Shown: positions 13,586-24,015, numbered from the stretch's first letter. The stretch: DNA of 39,184 nucleotides from a virus (IMGVR_UViG_3300005805_000196:1-39184); one strand, 5' to 3'. Program-made: numbers and translations. Notes: generated from the letters alone by a model not told the origin.

Positions 13586-15294
13586 TGTGCAATCCTGCTA
13601 AAGTTTTTCACTTTCTCAAACTTAACGACTGTATCGAACTTGTCAAATAACTGATCGCCCTTATGGCTTATGATAAGGACATTAGTTTCATTTGACAAAG
13701 CCATCAACAGCTTCAAGAATTCATCCGTTCCCCCAGAGTCAAGCGAGCTGTCAAAGATCTCATCCATGATCAGCAGGTTTGTGTTTGTGCTGTTTCTCAT
13801 CTTGGCAACAGCTCTCCATGTGAACAGCAAAGCCAAGTCAATTCTAAGCTTCTCACCCTCAGAGAATGAATTGTACGAGAAGTCATCACGGTACCTTGAC
13901 TTGATAGACTCCTCGAAGTGTTCGTTGAGCTCGAAGTTGACAAAGAAGTCCATTGCAGCCAGATACTTATTAATAAGCTTGTTCATTACAGGAACATACT
14001 GCCTTACAATCTTCGTCTTAATGCCAGTGTCTTTCAGAAGCACTGCTGCAGTCTCAAGTATCTGCTTTTGCTTGGCAAGCGTCTCTTTTGCTGCAACAAA
14101 CGCTGTCAATTCATCGTTAAGAGACTGTAGCAACTCTGCGTTGCCTCCAGGAACTTCGATGTTCGACTGCTCGTGCAACGATGAGTTTAGGTCTCGAATA
14201 AAATTCGTGTGCGTTCTGATGGAAGACTGATGTGTAGAGATTGTTCGCTGATGTTTGGTGATCTGTTGCTGGATTAACTCAATCGCAGAAATGCGCTCTT
14301 CAGCATCACGAATATCCTTCTCTATGCGAGTCATTCCCTCTACTATTTTTGCAGACTCGTCTGTTCTTGTATTAATGCTTTGCTGTTTGAACTCGCTGGT
14401 GATTTCTTGGCTGCATGTGGGGCACGAGTCGTTGTTTTGAAAGAATGAAATCTCATTTTTCAAGCCTCGCAGCTTGTCCTCAAGCATTCGTTCAAACGTT
14501 GCTAGTTTGTTGACTCTTGCGTCAACCTTCTTTTTGTCTGTAATAGACGACGCAAGTGTTTTGATCTCATCTTCGAGGGATTTGATCGCATTCTCTTCCA
14601 AGATGATTTGATCATTGAATCTAAGAATCTGATCTTCGATCTTTTTAATGTTTTGCTCATTGTTTATCTTTAGCTGATCAATGTGTTTCTTCTCTAGATC
14701 AATCTTTTCTTCGGTGAGCTTGGTGTTGTAGTCGTTATTTATTGTGTCGTCCTTGTTCTTTTGGATCTTGTCCTTCAGAAGGACATTCATTGTAGAGAAG
14801 ATACCAATGTCAAGCAAATCCTCAATGATCTCGCGCCTATTTGCTGCAGAAAGCTGCATGAATGGCACAAAAGATGCAGATCCAAGAATGACAATTTGAG
14901 AGAATGCCTTATGACTTAGTTTGAGAATTGTCTTCTCAAACATCTCTTGATATTCTTTCGATTCCGCATGCTGGTCGAGCATCTTTCCATTCAAGTGAAT
15001 CTCAAACACAGTAGGTTTGATGCCACGACGAACAAGATATGTTTTTTTCCCAATGGTAAACTCGACCTCAACAAGCAGCCCCTTGTTGTTTATTGTGTTG
15101 ACAAGTTGGGGTTTGTTAATATTTCTGAAAGGCTTACCGTAGAGGCAGAAAGAAAGAGCATCGAGGATTGTAGACTTGCCAGCTCCATTCTCTCCAACAA
15201 TTAACGTCGTCTTATACTGATCAAGAGTGAACTCAGTGAACGCGTTTCCTGTGCTGAGGAAGTTTTTGTATCGGATCTTATGGAAGACAATCAT
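13582..15294 (-). CDS. gp46: Rad50-like recombination ATPase
   Basis: GENGAGKS, CPTC hook, FSEGEK, DEIFD. Confidence 0.97.
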   Translation of the reverse strand: MIVFHKIRYKNFLSTGNAFTEFTLDQYKTTLIVGENGAGKSTILDALSFCLYGKPFRNINKPQLVNTINNKGLLVEVEFTIGKKTYLVRRGIKPTVFEIHLNGKMLDQHAESKEYQEMFEKTILKLSHKAFSQIVILGSASFVPFMQLSAANRREIIEDLLDIGIFSTMNVLLKDKIQKNKDDTINNDYNTKLTEEKIDLEKKHIDQLKINNEQNIKKIEDQILRFNDQIILEENAIKSLEDEIKTLASSITDKKKVDARVNKLATFERMLEDKLRGLKNEISFFQNNDSCPTCSQEITSEFKQQSINTRTDESAKIVEGMTRIEKDIRDAEERISAIELIQQQITKHQRTISTHQSSIRTHTNFIRDLNSSLHEQSNIEVPGGNAELLQSLNDELTAFVAAKETLAKQKQILETAAVLLKDTGIKTKIVRQYVPVMNKLINKYLAAMDFFVNFELNEHFEESIKSRYRDDFSYNSFSEGEKLRIDLALLFTWRAVAKMRNSTNTNLLIMDEIFDSSLDSGGTDEFLKLLMALSNETNVLIISHKGDQLFDKFDTVVKFEKVKNFSRIAQ

Positions 15295-15297
15295 GAA

Positions 15298-16362
15298 TCA
15301 CTCAATTGTCAATGCTTCTGAGTACAATTGATGAAGAACATTTTTCACCTCTTGCTTGTTGTGTTTGAGATCTAGTTGATCAATGTAGCCATTGAGGATT
15401 GTCAGGGTGTCCTCTGCCTCGTTGACAATCGTCTCATCTGTTTCAAGATTGAGATTCAAATGATCTTCTACCACCTGAAGGTTTTGAATACCACTTTTTT
15501 CTAATCTTTCGATGAACAAATCAAACCAGTAAGGGTTGGTTTTGTTCTTGATAATCACCTTGACAAATGTGTCTTTCAAGTTAGAGAAATCATGAACGAT
15601 CACCTCATCCATTGACTTGTTCAAATCATCGTAGTAGACCTTGAAAAACATCTTGTGTGGGTTTGGTATGAATGTCAACGACCTATCATCTGTGTCGAAG
15701 ACATGAAATCCCTTCTGGTCGTTATAATCTGACCAAGTAATCTCATAAGCAGTACCAAGATACGTGATGTTCCCTTGAGTAGATCTGTGGTGATAGTGAC
15801 CACTACAGACAAGATCAAACTTCTGAAACACACTACGATTCAAGCCATCTTCAATCACGATGCCTCCTTTATACATTTCAAAACCTGAAACTTCAAGGTG
15901 GCCAAAGAGAATGTCAGCGCTGCACGTGTTGATTAGGTTCATTGTCTCCTTTTCATTCTCAGGACAAATCCACGGGATCAATGCAATGTTACACCCATCA
16001 AAATTACAAACCTGCGGTCGAGCATAGAACTTAATCTTCTCACAATATGCATACATCTCCTGCATCGAGTTCACTTCATTTGTGTTCTTGAAGAACGTGT
16101 CGTGATTGCCGATCAGCATGTGAAGATCAATCCCGCGCTCGATTGCAGGAGCAATCAGGTCTTCCCTAAGCCTTCTTGCAGAGAGGAAGTTGATAAACTT
16201 CCTTCTATCTACAATGTCACCAAGATGAATGATCGTTTTGATCTTGTGCTCATCTATGTACGGAAACAAGACGGTATCATAAAACTTCTTGAAGTAGTTT
16301 CCAAATGCAACGTTATCGTTTCTAGCACCAAAGTGAGTGTCTGTGATCAGAGCTATCTTCAT
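15298..16362 (-). CDS. gp47: Mre11-like nuclease
   Basis: DTHFG, GD, GNHD, GHYH. Confidence 0.97.
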   Translation of the reverse strand: MKIALITDTHFGARNDNVAFGNYFKKFYDTVLFPYIDEHKIKTIIHLGDIVDRRKFINFLSARRLREDLIAPAIERGIDLHMLIGNHDTFFKNTNEVNSMQEMYAYCEKIKFYARPQVCNFDGCNIALIPWICPENEKETMNLINTCSADILFGHLEVSGFEMYKGGIVIEDGLNRSVFQKFDLVCSGHYHHRSTQGNITYLGTAYEITWSDYNDQKGFHVFDTDDRSLTFIPNPHKMFFKVYYDDLNKSMDEVIVHDFSNLKDTFVKVIIKNKTNPYWFDLFIERLEKSGIQNLQVVEDHLNLNLETDETIVNEAEDTLTILNGYIDQLDLKHNKQEVKNVLHQLYSEALTIE

Positions 16363-16365
16363 AGT

Positions 16366-16584
16366 TTACTTCCTGTTCAATCGTCTTGAGGAGTTGTTCT
16401 CAAGCAGCGTTTCTTTTTCGTATCTTGCAATCTCATAAACAAGAAGATCATGAATACGCTTTGCAGTCTGATAATCATTGTACCTACGGAATGTAGGAAC
16501 GGACGAAGCGCGAAGCCTGCTGACAAGCTCAACAATCACTTGGGGGCACTGATTTTCTAGTTCAAGCTTTTGCTTCGTGTTCAT
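16366..16584 (-). CDS. Hypothetical protein (72 aa)
   Basis: GAGGAG RBS before MNTKQ; lies between gp55 and gp47. Confidence 0.6.
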   Translation of the reverse strand: MNTKQKLELENQCPQVIVELVSRLRASSVPTFRRYNDYQTAKRIHDLLVYEIARYEKETLLENNSSRRLNRK

Positions 16585-17128
16585 TTTCATTCTCCTCAAT
16601 GAATTTCTCAATTCCTATAGTACGCTTTGCACGTTTCTTTGTCAACGACTGTTCAAATGTTTTGATGAATTCATGCATGTTTTCAGTGTCAAGGTTAACA
16701 TAAGCAGGGTTAAAGTCCCTATCTTCTCCTTCCTGTATTTCAACAAGACTGTTCATCAACATAGAATTCTCTAGAATCTTATGCTTTGTATAGAGTTGTT
16801 TCTTTTCCTTTTGAATGCGCCTCAGAAACGCGTAGTAGATAATTTGAGTAAAGTATGCAAATGGATTCTCAGATTTTTTTGGATTGAAGTTATGTATGTA
16901 CATAAAACAGTTTTCAATCCCATCACTAATCATTTCATCTCTGAAGGGGTAGTTAATGAAGTTTGGTTTATGGGAGAGATTGGTTGCTATTAGCAAGATA
17001 CATTCACCAATGTAGTTTGGCATCTGAGGTGTTGGCTCACCTGTCTTTGCAGCTTTTTTAACAAGCAACTTGTGTTGCTTGAGTGCCTTCAGCAACTGCT
17101 CATTGTTAACATAATGTCTCTTGCTCAT
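16562..17128 (-). CDS. gp55: Late-transcription sigma factor
   Basis: HYVNN, YIGEC, EMISDGIENC, NPFAYFTQI. Confidence 0.97.
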   Translation of the reverse strand: MSKRHYVNNEQLLKALKQHKLLVKKAAKTGEPTPQMPNYIGECILLIATNLSHKPNFINYPFRDEMISDGIENCFMYIHNFNPKKSENPFAYFTQIIYYAFLRRIQKEKKQLYTKHKILENSMLMNSLVEIQEGEDRDFNPAYVNLDTENMHEFIKTFEQSLTKKRAKRTIGIEKFIEENENEHEAKA

Positions 17129-17138
17129 GATGGGATCC

Positions 17139-17166
17139 TTGACATTTTAATTCTCCAGGGTATAAT
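17139..17166 (+). promoter_or_regulatory. Consensus sigma70 promoter TTGACA-N16-TATAAT, antisense to the surrounding genes
   Basis: Both hexamers perfect; intergenic. Confidence 0.65.
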
Positions 17167-17177
17167 GAACTGCTGTT

Positions 17178-17510
17178 CTAATGAACTATATGGCCTTTGG
17201 CTAAACTTATAGTACCGACTGCGTCTTTTGCTTGTTCGCTTGATGATCTTAGCGAGTCAATTGCTGCTTTGTAATACACAACTGAGGTATCACTTATTTC
17301 GTTAAGACACATGATGTGACTCAGATTAAATTCATAAACATCTACCTTGGCAAATGGACAAAACTTTTGTACAGTGACAGAGGGAATGCCGAAGTTGGTA
17401 GACGAATAAATTACCTGAAAGGGGTTCTTTAGCACAATTGATGACTGACTTTTATAAGTCATCTCTGCAATCAGTTCTGCTCCTGAAACTAGCTTGACAA
17501 CAACATACAT
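17178..17510 (-). CDS. T4-like conserved protein, probable Sm-like fold
   Basis: VVKLVSGAELIA...IVLKNPF; position between uvsW and gp55. Confidence 0.75.
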   Translation of the reverse strand: MYVVVKLVSGAELIAEMTYKSQSSIVLKNPFQVIYSSTNFGIPSVTVQKFCPFAKVDVYEFNLSHIMCLNEISDTSVVYYKAAIDSLRSSSEQAKDAVGTISLAKGHIVH

Positions 17511-17514
17511 TGTG

Positions 17515-18969
17515 TTAGCTCCTTAGATTGACATTATAAATCTTGTAGTCAAATTGCTCTTCATTGTAGATTTTGATTCGCTCTCTAAAGTGTTTCAACG
17601 TGTGGTTTTCCCGCGATTTCCAAGCTATATTATCTGCTATGTCGTAGAGAGTAGCAACTTGTTTTTGATCGTTCTTGCGCAGAGAACGGCCAATTGATTG
17701 CAAGGTTCTGATTCTTGACCTGCTTGGAGATGCAAAAATTACATTGTGAAGATTCGTAATATTGACACCTGTGCTGAATGTACCATACGATGCCACAATG
17801 ATGTTGTTAGATGTTTTCTCGACAAGCTGACGCACTTCCTCACGCTCCTCGCCTGTAATCCCCCCATGAATGTAAAAGATCATCTTGTCGCCACGAACGC
17901 TGACAATGTTGTCATAGAGATCATCGCCATGCTTCTCAACGAGATTAAAAAGCAGTAGGGTGTTGCCATTCAGAGAAAGAGCAAGATTCTTAAGGAAAGC
18001 ATTTCTTTGTGGATGAGATACAAGGAAGTTGACCTCGTCTGGATATGTGGCGCCTATTTGCTTCTGCTTCTCATTGTCCGGATAGTTTAAGACAATTGCT
18101 TTAATATCAAACTCTGAAAGGTACTTGTCCTTGATTAGCTGTGCAGTTGTAGTCGTTTGTTTGACGGGACCAAACAATCCTTCTAGGACAAGTTTGTGTG
18201 TCTGTGTACCATCAAGTGTTCCAGTCAGACCAAATCTATACTTACAGGCTGATAACTTAGACATGATTGAAACTAGTGACTTTGCTTTGTAAAGATGAGC
18301 CTCGTCTCCTACAACAACACCAAATTGAGCAAACCATTTCTTAGGAAGCTCATATATTGATTGCCATGTTGATATTACAATTGTAGCATTAGATGTCTTC
18401 TCTCTTCCACCGAGAATCATATGGATGTCATCTTCAAATCCATACGACTTGAAATCTGATGTCATCTGGTGTACAAGTGAGATTGTTGGAACGATAACAA
18501 GAATCTTCTGTTGGAGGGCTTTGTACCACATAGCTATCATGTAGATAATGAGAGACTTACCAGAAGCAGTAGGAGACAGAACTAGCCTACGCTGCTTTCT
18601 GATACAATCTACAAATGCTTCTAACTGATATTCTCTTGGCTCAAATGGAAGGTTTAGTGACTTTATAAAGTCTCTTGCTTCTACGAGAGAAAGGTTAAAG
18701 TCGTTGAAATTATCTTTGTCTATAGCTTCATAACCACGTTGTTTTGCAAAACTATGCAGGTGCTCGTGTAGCCCAGCATAGATTGTTCTTGTCATAGAGT
18801 TGAACAGACGAATCTTTCCATCCCACATCTTGTTCCTGTATGCCGGCATGAATTTAGCGCCAGGAATATCAAACGTGAAGTAGTCAGAGAGTTCTTGAGC
18901 TGTTGAAGGCTCACACTCTACCTTGATGAATGCCTCATCTGACTTTGAAAGAATTATTTGCTCCATCAA
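17515..18969 (-). CDS. uvsW: SF2 helicase UvsW
   Basis: WDGKIRLF, PTASGKS, DEAH, QSIGR. Confidence 0.97.
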   Translation of the reverse strand: MMEQIILSKSDEAFIKVECEPSTAQELSDYFTFDIPGAKFMPAYRNKMWDGKIRLFNSMTRTIYAGLHEHLHSFAKQRGYEAIDKDNFNDFNLSLVEARDFIKSLNLPFEPREYQLEAFVDCIRKQRRLVLSPTASGKSLIIYMIAMWYKALQQKILVIVPTISLVHQMTSDFKSYGFEDDIHMILGGREKTSNATIVISTWQSIYELPKKWFAQFGVVVGDEAHLYKAKSLVSIMSKLSACKYRFGLTGTLDGTQTHKLVLEGLFGPVKQTTTTAQLIKDKYLSEFDIKAIVLNYPDNEKQKQIGATYPDEVNFLVSHPQRNAFLKNLALSLNGNTLLLFNLVEKHGDDLYDNIVSVRGDKMIFYIHGGITGEEREEVRQLVEKTSNNIIVASYGTFSTGVNITNLHNVIFASPSRSRIRTLQSIGRSLRKNDQKQVATLYDIADNIAWKSRENHTLKHFRERIKIYNEEQFDYKIYNVNLRS

Positions 18970-19400
18970 CCACCTACTTTAAACTTTTCCCACGCTATTA
19001 CATTGTTGATCTGATAGCCTCTTGTCGAAATGCTTTTGATAATTGATTCAACAAAACTAACCTTTTCAGACTGCAACCCAATACGTAGATTTATGTTGAT
19101 AATGTCTGCATCACCCTCGATGTAGACAGGAATGTCTTGCTTAAGAACCTTGAGCTGGAAGGGTTCCCATCCAAGCTCCTTGTATTCTTCATCACTCAAG
19201 ATACCTTGATAATACTGATACTTTAGCTTATAGAGGGATTTGTAATCCATCTCGAGCTTACGTAGCGACAGTCTTTCATTTGAAAATATTTTGAAGTACT
19301 TGTTGTGGAGCCTGGAGATTTTCAAGCTCTCTTCACCAAGTTCAGTACGATCAATCTGGGAATCCTCTTCCCACAAAGATTGGATTTCTTCGAGCTTCAT
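18966..19400 (-). CDS. uvsY: Recombination mediator UvsY
   Basis: W.EDS.ID, LHNKY, RGYQINNVIAWEKF; start trimmed to MKLEE. Confidence 0.93.
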   Translation of the reverse strand: MKLEEIQSLWEEDSQIDRTELGEESLKISRLHNKYFKIFSNERLSLRKLEMDYKSLYKLKYQYYQGILSDEEYKELGWEPFQLKVLKQDIPVYIEGDADIININLRIGLQSEKVSFVESIIKSISTRGYQINNVIAWEKFKVGG

Positions 19401-19417
19401 AACAAACCTATTGCTAG

Positions 19418-19963
19418 TCACAATTTGGTGATATTGTACTTCCTGTATCGGAAATTAGCAACAGCATCAAGGTACTGAACATCACTATTAGTCGTATCAA
19501 ACACGAGCTGTGACAAGCTGATTGGGAATAGATCAACAAATGTGATTTCAAGATTTGGATTCTTTGAGCTTGTCAAGACCATAAGGGTAGCATCTGAAAA
19601 TACACCACTACCAGAAGGAATTCTCTTGTTCCTGCCAATCTTTGGGTCTCCATCTACCAGATCTTTGTACTGATCAAAGTTGTCAGGAAAACCCATCCCT
19701 ACTAGCCAGTTGTGAATTTCAAGATAGTTCTTCATGTCTTCGTCAACACCAAACTGAAGTCTTAGTATGCCGTATGTTAGTGCTGTAGAAGGAAACGACA
19801 ACTTGACAAATGGAGTAGGAATCTCTGTCCCCATGAAACCTACTTCAGGCAGATTGATTGCCTTGACGAAGTAGTTTGTCGTAGGCGTCTTCTTGATCGT
19901 GAACTTAAAGTTCAGAGGGGATAAGAAGTTGATGTTTGTGGGCTGATTTGTAATAGCTGACAT
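19418..19963 (-). CDS. gp3: Tail tube terminator/completion protein
   Basis: NFLSP..F.F, VDEDMKNY.EI.NW, SDATL, FPISL. Confidence 0.92.
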   Translation of the reverse strand: MSAITNQPTNINFLSPLNFKFTIKKTPTTNYFVKAINLPEVGFMGTEIPTPFVKLSFPSTALTYGILRLQFGVDEDMKNYLEIHNWLVGMGFPDNFDQYKDLVDGDPKIGRNKRIPSGSGVFSDATLMVLTSSKNPNLEITFVDLFPISLSQLVFDTTNSDVQYLDAVANFRYRKYNITKL

Positions 19964-19978
19964 GGGGCCTCCTACTAC

Positions 19979-19986
19979 TATTTATC
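19979..19986 (-). promoter_or_regulatory. Late promoter GATAAATA (gp3)
   Basis: ATAAATA core just upstream of the RBS. Confidence 0.7.
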
Positions 19987-19991
19987 CACAC

Positions 19992-20021
19992 AAAAAAAGA
20001 GGGCGGCCGAAGCCGCCCTCT
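19992..20021 (-). terminator. Intrinsic terminator after gp23
   Basis: AGAGGGCGGC-TTCG-GCCGCCCTCT-TTTTTT. Confidence 0.92.
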
Positions 20022-20043
20022 ATAGTCGACCTTTTGTGAAAGA

Positions 20044-21393
20044 TCACATCAGGTTTGTTACTAGGACTCTTCTGTAGTAGTTGTTTGAGTCCTTTGTTAG
20101 AGCTCCAAGACCAACTGTCGTACCCTCTGCGAATGGGTTTGCAACCATTCCGTAACGAGTCTTGAAGCCGATCTTTGGCTGGAAGCTGTCTTGGTCAACT
20201 GCACGTACCATCTGTAGTGGGACGTATGGGCAGTAGAACAGACCAGCGTCGAATGCGCTCGAACCCTTATAGCCAACTGTCAGGTAGTTACCACCTGTGG
20301 CATATGGGTCGATGTAAACGCGCATACGACCGTTAAGAACACCAGCAAATGTGTTGCCAGTGTCATCAACGTTAAGATTGTTGCTGTTCAGTGCTGGGGC
20401 GTAGTCGAGAACACCAGCCATCTGCAGTGCTGAAGCTACGTCAGACGAGCAGATGATGATGTTACCCTTGCCACGACGTGTTCCCTTGGCAATCTGGTTA
20501 GCTTCGCGCTCAACCTGGAACATCAGACCCTTGAACTTCTCAACTGACCAACGGCCGTTTGAGTCTGTGTCTAGGTCAAAGATACCTCCTGTCGTTGTGC
20601 CTTCTGAAGCACCCTGCTTTGCTGTGACGTTGATTGTACGAACAACTTCACGGTTAATTTCTGCAAGGATTTCAGCCGACAGAATGTTTGACAGCTCTGT
20701 CTCTGCGTCAAGACCATGAATAGCCTTCAGGTCCTGTGCAAGTTCCATTGAGTACTCGGCCTTCAGTGCACGGCTCTTTGCAGTTACCGTTACTTTCTCG
20801 ATAGCAAATGCCATCTGAGCGAAAGCTGAGTTGCTGTCTGTGCCAAGAGCTTCAGCCTGAGCTGTCGACATGCCGCCAGCAAAGTTGTAAACGCCTGTCT
20901 CAGCCAAGTTTGCTGTCTGTGTTGTGTTGCCTGGAAGTGTACCAGTCATCTTCAGACCAAGTGTGTTTGCACCAGAAACAACTGTTGCAAACTGAGTGTT
21001 AGCTTCGTTGAACAGAGCTTCAACGCCGCTGTTCGAGCTGTTGCTGTACTTAGAACGCATAGCGAAGATCAGGCCTGTTGGACCAGTCATTGGCTGAACG
21101 CCGCAGATGTCGTATGCAATCAGGTTTGGCATTGAACGGCGAACCAGTGAGATCAACACTGGGTCGAAGTTGTCAATGTTATCGCCAGTCTGGTTAGCTG
21201 GAATTGACGATGTCATTGCTTCTGAAAGAAGGAACTGTGAACCACCAAGTGAGGCAGTCTCTCTCAGAGCCTTTTCTGTGTTCTCAAGAATGGTAGCAGT
21301 GATCGAGCGCTTGTGTGAGTCCTTGATAGGTGATAGATCAGGGTGCTCAAGCACTGGCTGCCACTTCTTCTGTAGTTGTTCATTAAGATACAT
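20044..21393 (-). CDS. gp23: Major capsid protein
   Basis: GVQPMTGPTGLIFAMR, KSRALKAEY, FYCPYVPL, GFKTRYG. Confidence 0.99.
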   Translation of the reverse strand: MYLNEQLQKKWQPVLEHPDLSPIKDSHKRSITATILENTEKALRETASLGGSQFLLSEAMTSSIPANQTGDNIDNFDPVLISLVRRSMPNLIAYDICGVQPMTGPTGLIFAMRSKYSNSSNSGVEALFNEANTQFATVVSGANTLGLKMTGTLPGNTTQTANLAETGVYNFAGGMSTAQAEALGTDSNSAFAQMAFAIEKVTVTAKSRALKAEYSMELAQDLKAIHGLDAETELSNILSAEILAEINREVVRTINVTAKQGASEGTTTGGIFDLDTDSNGRWSVEKFKGLMFQVEREANQIAKGTRRGKGNIIICSSDVASALQMAGVLDYAPALNSNNLNVDDTGNTFAGVLNGRMRVYIDPYATGGNYLTVGYKGSSAFDAGLFYCPYVPLQMVRAVDQDSFQPKIGFKTRYGMVANPFAEGTTVGLGALTKDSNNYYRRVLVTNLM

Positions 21394-21430
21394 TTAAGTT
21401 ACTCCTTAGTGTGTAATGTGCTGTTAGTAA

Positions 21431-22420
21431 TTATTTCTTGATGCCGCGTGAAATAGCTGACACGTAGCGATTCATTGGATGAGAAGACGAAATACGAGGT
21501 GTTTCAGACTCATCCTGTTCTTCAACTTCCTCAGAGATTACGTTTGTTGTCTTCTTTTCTGTTGGGAAGTAGTTTTCCTTGACGACCTTGAGCTTCTTTT
21601 CGTATGTCTCAACATCGTCGAAGTCGATACCCTCAGCAAGGCTGAGGAACTTGTCGGTCTGTGTTACTGTCAGACCTTCTGCAACGTTATCAAGAATTTC
21701 CTTCTTGGTATACGTCTCGAGCATCTTCTTGAGCTCGATATTTTCATTGATAGCGCTGTCGAGAGTTGCTTCTAGCTCTTCTGTCTTTGAAGCAAGCGTC
21801 TCGACTACATCGACCTTCTCATCTGGAACATCGATGTAATTTTCTTCAAATACCTTCTTCATACCCGTCATGAAGCTTTCCATAATTTCAAGCTTCAGAG
21901 AAGATTCAATGGCAACTTCATTGTCCTTGACCCACTGCTCAACAACGTAGTCAAGATACTGATCTACTTTCTCTACGAGAGACTCAGCAAGCTCATCTGT
22001 TGCCTCATCAAGTTTTGCCTGATACTCTTCCTCAAGAGAAGCTCTCTGCTCCTCGACTGCAGAAGAAACTGCTGCTTCAAAAATTGTCGAAGCCTTGCTC
22101 TTAAAATCTTCCGAAAGCTCTTCGCCGTTGAACATTGCATCAATATGCTCTTTCATTGCTCCGCCCTTTGCTGTTACTGATGCTCTGTTCTTTACAGACA
22201 TGTCACCAGTTGGTTTTGTGTTGTTTGCTGGATCTGTCTCTTCAACATCACCCTCTACGCTAGCAGCGTTTTTATCGCCCTGGTCCTTAGAGTTTGGAAG
22301 AGATGTCTTTTTTGTTGTTGGATCTGGAACAGATGCTGAACCAGTTGCACCACCGCCTGTTGATACGGCCTCGTCAACTTCTACCTGCTCTTCAATCTTT
22401 CTTCTTAGCGTAAGTGCCAT
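21431..22420 (-). CDS. gp22: Prohead core scaffold
   Basis: LSEDFK.KA.TIFEAAV, YLDYVVEQW; GGAG RBS before MALT. Confidence 0.95.
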   Translation of the reverse strand: MALTLRRKIEEQVEVDEAVSTGGGATGSASVPDPTTKKTSLPNSKDQGDKNAASVEGDVEETDPANNTKPTGDMSVKNRASVTAKGGAMKEHIDAMFNGEELSEDFKSKASTIFEAAVSSAVEEQRASLEEEYQAKLDEATDELAESLVEKVDQYLDYVVEQWVKDNEVAIESSLKLEIMESFMTGMKKVFEENYIDVPDEKVDVVETLASKTEELEATLDSAINENIELKKMLETYTKKEILDNVAEGLTVTQTDKFLSLAEGIDFDDVETYEKKLKVVKENYFPTEKKTTNVISEEVEEQDESETPRISSSHPMNRYVSAISRGIKK

Positions 22421-22441
22421 TTTAGTCTCCTGCAATTTGAA

Positions 22442-23110
22442 TTATTTATGTTTTTGGGTTCTTAGAGTTTTCATGAAATGCTCGAAAATCTTGAGGCTAG
22501 TTTGTTCTGTATTTTTACTTACCACCGACTTGTTGATGGCGTTCTTATACATCTCAAGCTCTCTCAGATTACCATTTTCCCAAACCCACTCTTTGCCTTC
22601 CATGATTCCACGGACAAAGGCGTTTGGGGCAGAAGGATCGGCAACAATGTCTGCAGCTGTAGAAAGAAAGAAGTCATCTTGAACCTCCATGATTCCTTTC
22701 TTGTTTTCTTTCAGAGATCCCATTCCTCTAGAAGAAACGCCTAGATTAGCGCCCTCATCGATAAGGTTCTTTACAATCTGACCAAATGGAGTCTCAGTCA
22801 TTACCTTGGCCTTGCCAATAAAGTTTGAGCCATCTTCACGAAGCTCTTTGATCATGTGTGAGACACGTTCCAAATTAATAGTAGGGCCAGATGGATGACC
22901 AAGTTCACCGTAAGCTCTGTTCTTATTAATATGCTCAGTGGTATATCTCTCTACTTCTTTTTGAAGAACGCCACGGGGATAAACTCTTCCATTCTTGTTC
23001 TGGATGTCGCCCTGAAGAAACACACCTTCAATGAAGTAATTCTTTTTACCGTTCTCTTTTTGCTCTGTGACAATGTTGACTGTCTCAAGCTGTTCTGTAA
23101 TGAGCTTCAT
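22442..23110 (-). CDS. gp21: Prohead protease
   Basis: MKLITE, NGRVYP, GELGHP, GVSSRGMGS, DPSAP.A. Confidence 0.97.
   Translation of the reverse strand: MKLITEQLETVNIVTEQKENGKKNYFIEGVFLQGDIQNKNGRVYPRGVLQKEVERYTTEHINKNRAYGELGHPSGPTINLERVSHMIKELREDGSNFIGKAKVMTETPFGQIVKNLIDEGANLGVSSRGMGSLKENKKGIMEVQDDFFLSTAADIVADPSAPNAFVRGIMEGKEWVWENGNLRELEMYKNAINKSVVSKNTEQTSLKIFEHFMKTLRTQKHK
22443..22450 (-). promoter_or_regulatory. Late promoter CATAAATA (gp22-gp23)
   Basis: Overlaps the gp21 stop. Confidence 0.65.
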
Positions 23111-23111
23111 A

Positions 23112-23450
23112 TTAGTACTCGCTTGTGAATGTTGAGATCTTTCCGCAGTCAACGATGATTGATCCTGTTGATCCAGCAGATAGCGTGACTACAACGTTTG
23201 CAGCAGGAAACTCACCAAGAGCAACACCTGTACCAGCAAAATCAAAGTATCCTGTGCTTTCTAAAACAAGAAGTGTGTTTGCACCTCTTGATACAGTCCA
23301 TTGACCATTTGATGACCAAAAGATCTGGTTAATAATTAATCCGTTCACTGTCTCATTGGCATCAGTATTTGCTGATGAAAGATTCTGTGTTGTTGTAGCT
23401 GTAGCTCTTAGAACAAGCTTACCGCCCTTTTGATTAATGATAACTGGCAT
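23112..23450 (-). CDS. Beta-rich hypothetical virion protein
   Basis: GAGGAG RBS; located in the head module. Confidence 0.75.
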   Translation of the reverse strand: MPVIINQKGGKLVLRATATTTQNLSSANTDANETVNGLIINQIFWSSNGQWTVSRGANTLLVLESTGYFDFAGTGVALGEFPAANVVVTLSAGSTGSIIVDCGKISTFTSEY

Positions 23451-23451
23451 G

Positions 23452-24015
23452 TCACTCCTCGATTTCTACTTGCTCTGCAAGTTCTACTAGATGTTCAAAT
23501 GAAGTGACATCTTCAAACATAGAGTAGAAATTTTCTCTGTTTTCATCTGGAATAGACTCATGAATAGCATCCATTGTTTTAAAGAGGTCGGCATCCACTT
23601 CAACAACCGTGCCATCATCCAACTCAACTTCTTCCATTGCCTTCTTGCGAAGTGTGGCAAAATAGATCGATTTACCCTTCTCTTTGCCGTACTGCTTCAT
23701 CATAGACTTCTTCATAGAGCTAGAATCGTACTTCTTCTTGAGACGCTTTTCATTTGCCATCTCAGTAGAAGTCATTTCACGCTCTTGAACGTAATCTACT
23801 TCTTCGTAGACTCTTTCTGAATCTTTCTCGTCTTTGTACCCATGCTGTTCATGCTCAGCCTTTTTTACAGTGCGGCCATTCAATCTATTCCAATTATCAT
23901 CTTCAGTTGCCGGACTAAGCTTTGAGACATCGACAGTGTGTTTGTCAATAAATCTCTGTTCATCTGGTGACTTGACTTTTACACTCTCGAGAATCTCTCT
24001 AATGCTCTTAGCCAT
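23452..24015 (-). CDS. Putative prohead core protein (gp68-like position)
   Basis: Highly charged; between portal and protease; start trimmed to MAKSIRE. Confidence 0.65.
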   Translation of the reverse strand: MAKSIREILESVKVKSPDEQRFIDKHTVDVSKLSPATEDDNWNRLNGRTVKKAEHEQHGYKDEKDSERVYEEVDYVQEREMTSTEMANEKRLKKKYDSSSMKKSMMKQYGKEKGKSIYFATLRKKAMEEVELDDGTVVEVDADLFKTMDAIHESIPDENRENFYSMFEDVTSFEHLVELAEQVEIEE

